A stretch of 35,087 nucleotides of DNA. It comes from Octopus bimaculoides (Eukaryota). The stretch is from positions 23,036,653 through 23,071,739 of the forward strand of contig NC_068986.1 in assembly GCF_001194135.2 (NCBI RefSeq). Reading direction: 5' to 3'. Each line of letters starts with the position of its first letter. Within the stretch, counting starts at the first letter, position 1. Positions 22,449 through 31,700 of the stretch are shown here, in pieces. The notes below the pieces were generated by a model. It did no database searches. It was not told the origin of the DNA and saw only the letters and a program-made list of their open reading frames with translations. The translations under genes and the position numbers were made by a program.

Positions 22449-23978
22449 AACACACACACTAAAACTATATGGATATGAGAGAAGCGGAGAAAGTGAGAAT
22501 TTGCGTTTTGTAAGAAAATTGAAATGGCGGTGATGATGATAAGGTGAAGGAACAAAAGCTAAGGGCGATAAAGCAAAGAGAATAAGGTGTATATAATGAA
22601 CGTACTGTATCTCCTTTAGGTCCGGCAAGTCCTTGGATTCCGGGCAAGCCTTGTGGTCCGGGAGGTCCTTGTTCACCAGATTTTCCATCATAGCCAGCGT
22701 TACCCTATAGACAACAATAATATTACATTATAATCAGACTTATGTAAGAAATCATAATTATTTCAAATTTTGGCACAAGGCCAGCAAGTTGGGGGTTTTG
22801 TCAGTTACGTCAATATCAGTTCTTGGCTGGTACGTTATTTTATCGACTTCGAAAGGATGAAAGGCAAAGTCGACGTTAGCGAGATTTGAATTTAGACTGT
22901 AAATTGTCGGAAAGTATTTTGTCCTACAATCTAACGATTCTGCTAGCTCGTCGCTTTCTGCCAAGCCGCAATAATTGTTTGTAATTCTGGCAAAATGTCA
23001 GCGATTTTGAGTGAAGGGGCCTAGTCGATTACAACGACCTCAGTATCAACAGGCGCTTTATTTTACCGACTCCAAAAGGATGAAAGACAAATTGAAAGTA
23101 GAATATCTTGATTACAGACAAACTTACGAAAGAAATTAATACCACAATTTCGATAAGAATTAATGTATTAACCCCATTGCATTCAAATTACTATGTCAAA
23201 TGTAATACTTATTGAGTCACATTGTTTTGAATTAATTATGTATAATCTTCAACTCTGAGATTTTGATGATGTGATTGTATATTTTTAGAATAACGTTGCA
23301 GGATTGGTGTGAGAGGGTAGATCTGACAAGTTTGAACAGAAATCAAGTAGAGTGTTTGGACCTGATATGGCTGGTTAAAAAGTTAACGTCATATGTCAGA
23401 AGCTGATTTTTATCTCTGTAAAGGTATGAAACAATCCACCAGTAACTAGTTTAGCTTAGTACTGTCCCACTGAATCGTTCTCTTTGGTTGAGCAGACAGA
23501 AATCAATTTTGCATTGCTAAATTCCTCTTCATATTGGTTTCAAATTTTGGCACAATGCCAGCAATTTGAATTCTGAACGTAAAAAATTCTTCTTAATATT
23601 AACATCAGTTTCATGAATATTGCTTTTTCTTTAGATTTATTAGTTACGTCTGTCAGCCTTTCATTTTTTTATGTCAGTCTGTGCATTTCGTCAGTTTTTC
23701 TCCGTCTGTCTATATATTCACCCTTCTATTTCTTTACTCCACAGTCATTTCTGTAGTTTTAAAAAAAATTTTTATCTTCTCTCTTCATGTTGTGGATTTC
23801 GAATTTAAAATAAAAATTGTAATTTACTATGAAAATGGCTGCAAACTACTTACAGGTTCACCGGGGGCACCAATGCTACCATCTTGACCAGGTGGTCCAG
23901 CACGTCCCTAAAATGCGAACAAAATAAAATAACGATAATAAAAAATGCAACCAATTCATTAGATCTTGATTTCACTCC

Positions 23979-24015
<37 letters not shown>

Positions 24016-26079
24016 GTCGACATACATATGCATACTCGGAAGCGACTCGGAAGTATGACCTCAGTTTCACTTTCCTGTAACTAAATATTAGTTATTTTCT
24101 CTTTTAGTATTTTTATTGCTATTAATTACATAAAGGAGTTGATGAGAAATATGGACGGTTTTTCGAGAGGGATGCATTTCTGGAAGACAAAAATTTGAAA
24201 GAAACAAAAGTCATATTGCAGTGTGTGGTAGGCTGTGTATGAAAGAGGATAGAAGGATTTGAAACAGTGTGCGTGTGTGTGTGTGTGTAATTGGGATGGA
24301 TTTCAGATAAAAGTTGCGCAAATCAGTCACTTCACAACAGGAGAGATCGTGTTGTTTTAGCCCAGGTCAGTTCTAATCAAAAGATATATTCCGGCCATGG
24401 CTACCGCGATGTAGTATTTATCAGGAGTTGAATAGGAGCTCCTAAATTTCAAGAGAATAAAATAAACTATGCTAGCTTTGCGCGGTTGTGGAGGCGCGTG
24501 GCTTAGTGGTTAGGGTGTCAGCACCATGATCGCAAGGTTGTGGTTTCGATTCCTGGACCGGGTGACGCGTTGTGTTCTTGAGCAAAACACTTCATTTCAC
24601 GTTGCTCCAGTCCACTCAGCTGGCAAAAATGAGTAACGCTGCGATGGACTGGCGTCCCGTCCAGCTGCGGGACACATACGCCATTGAAACCGGGAAACCT
24701 GACCCATGAGTCTGGCTAGGCTTTAGAAGGGTGCATTTATATATATTTTTTTATTTTTCAGTTTTGCTCGGCACTTGCTGTATTTATTCGCAAGAATATC
24801 AAAGATATCAAGAAGAAAATTTCCTTAGAAATGGTCTGTACATTTTAATATGGTATAATAAGAATACGTGGAAAACTGCCTCATTTAATAATTCTTTCTA
24901 CTATAGGTACAAGGCCTGGAATTTTGAAGGAAGGGACGAGTTTATCATATCGCCCCTAGTGCTCAACGGGTATTTATTTTATCTACCCCAAATGGATGAA
25001 AAGCAAAGTCGGCCTCAATGACATTTGAATTCAGAGCGTAAAGTTGGAAGAAATGTCACGAAGCAGTTTGTTCAGCGCAGTAATGGTTCTGCAGCACGCT
25101 ACCTTCTTCTATGTTTAATAATCTTTTCTGCTATTGGCCGAAGGTCCGAAATTTGGGATGGGGGTGAACGGGATAGTCGATTACATCGACAGCCAGCACT
25201 TGACTGGTACATATTTTATCGACCTCGAAATGATAAAAGGCAAAGTCGACCTCGGCGGAATTTTAACTCAGAATGTAAAGACGTGCCGCTAAGCATTTTG
25301 TCCGGCCTGCTAACGTGTCTGCTAGCTCAGCACCTTGAATTAAGTTTATATTGTGAGCGAAAATTGTATCGTGCACAACCCCATATTTTGTATCAGAGCC
25401 GTTCCCTCTATATATGTACTCAAAACCGTCTTTATTGGATAAAGGCAAAATTTGTAAATTTGAAATGAAAACTTACGCGTGCACCTCTTACTCCACGTGG
25501 GCCTGTACGTCCAAGGTCTCCCTGGAAAATTGAAATTATTTAAATAATTATAAAAGCTTTGACATCAATAACTGTCGAAACGATAAAAAAAAATAATAAA
25601 AAAGTAAAAAAAAAGGCCAAACTCCAAAGGAAAACCTGGAAAATTTCTAAATCATCTAAATCCAACAAATATTCTTTCTACTCTAGGCACAAGGCCCGAA
25701 CTTTTGGGGGAGGGGGTCAGTCGATTAGATCGACCCAGTGCGTAACTGGTACTTATTTAATCGACCCCGAAAGGAAGAAAGGCAAAGTCGACCTCGGCGG
25801 AATTTGAACTCAAAACGTAAAGACATACGAAGTATCGCTAAGCATTTCGCTTGGCGTGCTAATGTTTCTACCAGCTCGCCGCCTTAATTACAACAAATAT
25901 TAATNNNNNNNNNNNNNNNNNNNNNNNNNNNNNNNNNNNNNNNNNNNNNNNNNNNNNNNNNNNNNNNNNNNNNNNNNNNNNNNNNNTATCGGCTTCTTTG
26001 CCGAACTGCTATGTTACAAAGATGTAAACAAACTAACATCAGCTATCAATCTCTCTTTCCCTCCCTCTCTGTCTGTGGA

Positions 26080-26111
<32 letters not shown>

Positions 26112-26259
26112 ATACACATGTATATACACAACGGGCTTCCACACAGTTTCCGTCTGGTCAATTCATTTACAAGACATTAGTCGACTGGGGCTATAGCGGA
26201 CATATGGCGGAACCACATGGGTGCAAAGTGAGCTTCTTCACTACAAGCCTTTGCTTGTG

Positions 26260-26292
<33 letters not shown>

Positions 26293-27316
26293 NNNNNNNN
26301 NNNNNNNNNNNNNNNNNNNNNNNNNNNNNNNNNNNNNNNNNNNNNNNNNNNNNNNNNNNNNNNNNNNNNNNNNNNNNNNNNNNNNNNNNNNNNNNNNNNN
26401 NNNNNNNNNNNNNNNNNNNNNNNNNNNNNNNNNNNNNNNNNNNNNNNNNNNNNNNNNNNNNNNNNNNNNNNNNNNNNNNNNNNNNNNNNNNNNNNNNNNN
26501 NNNNNNNNNNNNNNNNNNNNNNNNNNNNNNNNNNNNNNNNNNNNNNNNNNNNNNNNNNNNNNNNNNNNNNNNNNNNNNNNNNNNNNNNNNNNNNNNNNNN
26601 NNNNNNNNNNNNNNNNNNNNNNNNNNNNNNNNNNNNNNNNNNNNNNNNNNNNNNNNNNNNNNNNNNNNNNNNNNNNNNNNNNNNNNNNNNNNNNNNNNNN
26701 NNNNNNNNNNNNNNNNNNNNNNNNNNNNNNNNNNNNNNNNNNNNNNNNNNNNNNNNNNNNNNNNNNNNNNNNNNNNNNNNNNNNNNNNNNNNNNNNNNNN
26801 NNNNNNNNNNNNNNNNNNNNNNNNNNNNNNNNNNNNNNNNNNNNNNNNNNNNNNNNNNNNNNNNNNNNNNNNNNNNNNNNNNNNNNNNNNNNNNNNNNNN
26901 NNNNNNNNNNNNNNNNNNNNNNNNNNNNNNNNNNNNNNNNNNNNNNNNNNNNNNNNNNNNNNNNNNNNNNNNNNNNNNNNNNNNNNNNNNNNNNNNNNNN
27001 NNNNNNNNNNNNNNNNNNNNNNNNNNNNNNNNNNNNNNNNNNNNNNNNNNNNACGAAAAAGAAGTGAGATTATGTTGTGTTCATGCATTTCCAAATAATA
27101 CAGTAAACATCTGAGGAGAAAGTTACACAATACAACTATACAAGATAAAAGAAATATAATACTTGAGATATGTTTAAATCCATGCGCTAATGAATAAAGA
27201 GATTTATAAAAAGCATACTTACTCTTTCGCCAGGGCTTCCTGCTGGTCCTGGGGCACCAACGGATCCGGCAGGTCCCTAATTAAAAGCAAAATATACAAT
27301 TTTTTAGTTATATCGG

Positions 27317-27365
<49 letters not shown>

Positions 27366-28748
27366 ATCTATCTATCTATCTATCTATTTATACTGTTTCG
27401 TTATTGGTGGGATCAATGAAAGAAACCAAAAGTCTTCCATCCAATAAGAGATAAATATTTAATACATACAGGGTTTGAATTCGTGTTATTACCGGCTTCA
27501 TAATTCTGAGAATACGACGGTCAGACAAGCTTTATAGCGTATCGCATATTTCCAAGCAATCATATATATATATATATATATAGGTAATTAGAGGTATCTC
27601 TAAACGTTTACCGATTTGCTCACAGTTACGTATTCAAAAAGGTTATTCCACGGTTAGTATATAAATCCAGTAATAATTCTTCTGTGATAAGAATTTAGAG
27701 ATATATTCCGTTGGATTATTCTAAATATATTACCTTTAAACCAAATAGGTTTCCTGGAGTATTTAATATCAATAATAATATTAAGGATTATTACGAAGTA
27801 GCATTACCTTTCATTTATTTTTATATAAAAATACAGTGTCAAATGGACCTGACGAGTCAGATTCGATGGAAGAGCCTACAGAACTTATATATGTATACAA
27901 ACAGACACATAATTGAAGAATAGAAATTAGTTTTGATTTTGACGAAGTATCAATGCGTAAAATTTGAGTAAGTTGTCGGAAAATAGGTAGCTATGAACCG
28001 TTATGAGACGTTTCGAGTGAATTGAAAATAGGGGATGTTGTTACGTTCATGGCTTTCCAAAGGATAACGGTGACGAAAGTGAAGTGAAATGATTGATGAC
28101 AACAACGGAAACTCGGAAACTTACTCTCTTTCCTTCGGGTCCGGCTAAACCAGCAACTCCAGGTTCACCTGATGGACCGGCTGCGCCACGAGGTCCCATT
28201 TCACCAGGAGCACCAGGTGAGCCGGAAAGTCCCTATACGTGAAAAGAAAAAAAGATGACTTTTTAAGAAATATTATCATATTTGGCTATTTTCATGTCTG
28301 TGCGTGCAGATGGGGAAGGAGACTCCCCAATACGTGTGTGTATTGCTTTCTCTGGCATGTGTGTGGTAATTAGCCAACAAAAGGGGTCTGTACGACTCTG
28401 CATAATATTCTTTTCTACTCTAGACACAAGGCCCGAAATTTTTGGGGAGGGGTCCAATCAATAAGATAGATCCCAGTACGCAAATGGTACTTAATTTATC
28501 GAAAGGATGAAAGGCAAAGTCGACCTCGGCGGAATTTGAACTCAGAACGTAAAGACAGACGAAATACCGCTAAGCATTTCACCCGGCGTGCTAACGTTTC
28601 TGCCAGCTTCTACTAAGTTATGTGTTTACGTTCGTACGCATGAATGTACGTCTGGTTTAGTCACATCATTATGAAAGTGCGTGGAGATGTGCATGTGCAT
28701 TGTTGTGCATTGTTGTTTGTTTGATTGCATGTATGTGTATGTATGAAA

Positions 28749-28795
<47 letters not shown>

Positions 28796-31700
28796 NNNNN
28801 NNNNNNNNNNNNNNNNNNNNNNNNNNNNNNNNNNNNATAAAGTGAGCGAATGTTAAAATCTTGTTAAACATAAAATTTCTGTATGGCATATTACCACGCT
28901 ATTATGCATGACTGTATGTATGTAATATCGTCTCGTTGAGATGTGAAAGTGTAAAAAAGACTCTTTATTCATATTGAGACAGTCTACTTACAGTATCACC
29001 TTTCTCTCCGGGAGCTCCAGTGTTGCCGCTTGCACCACTTGGTCCTTGAGGTCCGGGGAAACCTGGTCCTCCACTTTGTCCGACTGATCCCTGTAATGTA
29101 ATGGAATGAAAGATCAATAATCTGTATTTGGATCAAATTGGTCGTGAATATGTTTGGCACAAGATCAGCAATTTCAGGGGGAAGGGAGACAATCAGTTAC
29201 ATCGACTTAGTATTCAACTGGTACATGTTGTATCGACCCCGAATAGATGGAAAGCAAAGTCGACCTTGGCGGAATTTTATCTCAGAACGCGCAGACGGAC
29301 GAAATACCGCTAAGCATTTTGCCCGGCGTGCTAATGATTCTGCAAGCTCGCCGTCTTAAGAAAACTTTATATTACCTGGAACATATGAGTTAAGGGTTTA
29401 CTAAAAAATCTGAAAACAAGCATGAAAATTTGGGACAATTTTATACTTTAAACTAGCAAACAGGTAAAGGGACATTTCCTTTTTATTCTTAGAGGTATTA
29501 AGTGAAGTATAATGATGGTATTGTAGCCCGGTGTCTTAGTCTCAGTTTGACACCCAGTACTCATTGAAATGCTCTTTTCTTTTGATGACTGTTGAGTACA
29601 GAAATATCAACTTACACGGTCGCCTTTAGCTCCAGCCTCTCCAGCTTCTCCTGGTTGACCAGGGGCTCCAGCTGGGCCAGTTGAGCCTGGAATTCCGTTT
29701 TCTCCGCGTGGGCCGGCAGTACCTTGACTTCCACGAGCACCAGCTAAACCAGCATCTCCCTAAGGAATTACATGAATAACAATTACAAGAGTTAACAATC
29801 TTAAAGTATTTAGAATAGCGTAAAGGTTTGAATTTAACACGCACACACAAATGAGTATGAAGTAACGTTCAAAATATCAATTGTCTTTTCAGGAAATAAT
29901 TGAATTGGCTGAGATTTCTCGTATGGTAAAGAGTCAGTTTTGGTTTCTTAGTATTTGAACTCGTTCAAATATAAGTCAAGTTCTTCCCTTCTGTTTTTGC
30001 CTTTCTTATTTAACCCACCACGCTGTCCATTCCTATCTTTCTCTCGTATTCTCTTGTTTTTCTTATTTTCTTCTTTTACCATCGAATTTATTGTATGATA
30101 TATCGAATATCATACAAACTATTACAACTGTATTTCTAGTAATCCTTTCTATGATAGAGATACCAAAAAACACTTTGTTTTATTGTTATTTGAAGTCAAC
30201 ATTGCGAAACTAACATATAGTTGTGGTTAATCCCTAACGTTACACACAACGACGAGCTATAAACATAATTATGGATTCTAATAACAACCAATTTGGTTGC
30301 GTCGTTAACAGTTAGGTGTTTGCTGCAGTGCAGCTGACGTAAAACAAGGTTCTACATCTGATAGTCCGGTATCCTGTCTGTTTGTTGTTCTATACAAGTA
30401 GATATTTATCGTATTTCAATTAGTTATTAAATGTCAACACAATTACAAAGCTTAAAACATCATATTTATTTGTTGAGACCGATATGGAAGTTCGGCAAAC
30501 TGTTGTGTACTAACCTTAGCTCCAGCAATTCCTGGGAATCCAGGGGCACCGGGTGGTCCAATAGGTCCTGAGGGTCCAGGTGGGCCAAGTTGTCCATCGT
30601 TTCCACGAATACCCTAAAAGAGATCAATACAAATATAATTACATCTATATATATATATATATATATATATNNNNNNNNNNNNNNNNNNNNNNNNNNNNNN
30701 NNNNNNNNNNNNNNNNNNNNNNNNNNNNNNNNNNNNNNNNNNNNNNNNNNNNNNNNNNNNNNNNNNNNNNNNNNNNNNNNNNNNNNNNNNNNNNNNNNNN
30801 NNNNNNNNNNNNNNNNNNNNNNNNNNNNNNNNNNNNNNNNNNNNNNNNNNNNNNNNNNNNNNNNNNNNNNNNNNNNNNNNNNNNNNNNNNNNNNNNNNNN
30901 NNNNNNNNNNNNNNNNNNNNNNNNNNNNNNNNNNNNNNNNNNNNNNNNNNNNNNNNNNNNNNNNNNNNNNNNNNNNNNNNNNNNNNNNNNNNNNNNNNNN
31001 NNNNNNNNNNNNNNNNNNNNNNNNNNNNNNNNNNNNNNNNNNNNNNNNNNNNNNNNNNNNNNNNNNNNNNNNNNNNNNNNNNNNNNNNNNNNNNNNNNNN
31101 NNNNNNNNNNNNNNNNNNNNNNNNNNNNNNNNNNNNNNNNNNNNNNNNNNNNNNNNNNNNNNNNNNNNNNNNNNNNNNNNNNNNNNNNNNNNNNNNNNNN
31201 NNNNNNNNNNNNNNNNNNNNNNNNNNNNNNNNNNNNNNNNNNNNNNNNNNNNNNNNNNNNNNNNNNNNNNNNNNNNNNNNNNNNNNNNNNNNNNNNNNNN
31301 NNNNNNNNNNNNNNNNNNNNNNNNNNNNNNNNNNNNNNNNNNNNNNNNNNNNNNNNNNNNNNNNNNNNNNNNNNNNNNNNNNNNNNNNNNNNNNNNNNNN
31401 NNNNNNNNNNNNNNNNNNNNNNNNNNNNNNNNNNNNNNNNNNNNNNNNNNNNNNNCTGTGGACCATTTGCGGTACACGAGTGAAGTGCATTACAACAGAG
31501 TGAGTGCGAACGTCTGAAAATCTGCGATAAAGATTCTAATTACGAATTAGCAATTGGGGAAAACGACAATGGTAAAGATGTTAATTTTCATCATCACCAC
31601 CACCACCTTGTTATAGATTAACATTAATATGTTCTACTCTAGGCACAGGCCCAAAATTTTGGAGAAGGGATCCAGTCGATTAGATCGACCCCTGTATGCA

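Noticed and set aside
31456-31480. ANGPQ-like string at the gap edge as a possible helical exon end
   Set aside because: No Gly-X-Y register beyond one triplet and no donor site visible.
6818-31503. Long ORFs of 128-353 aa in the track
   Set aside because: They consist mostly of X residues from N-gaps plus microsatellite translations.
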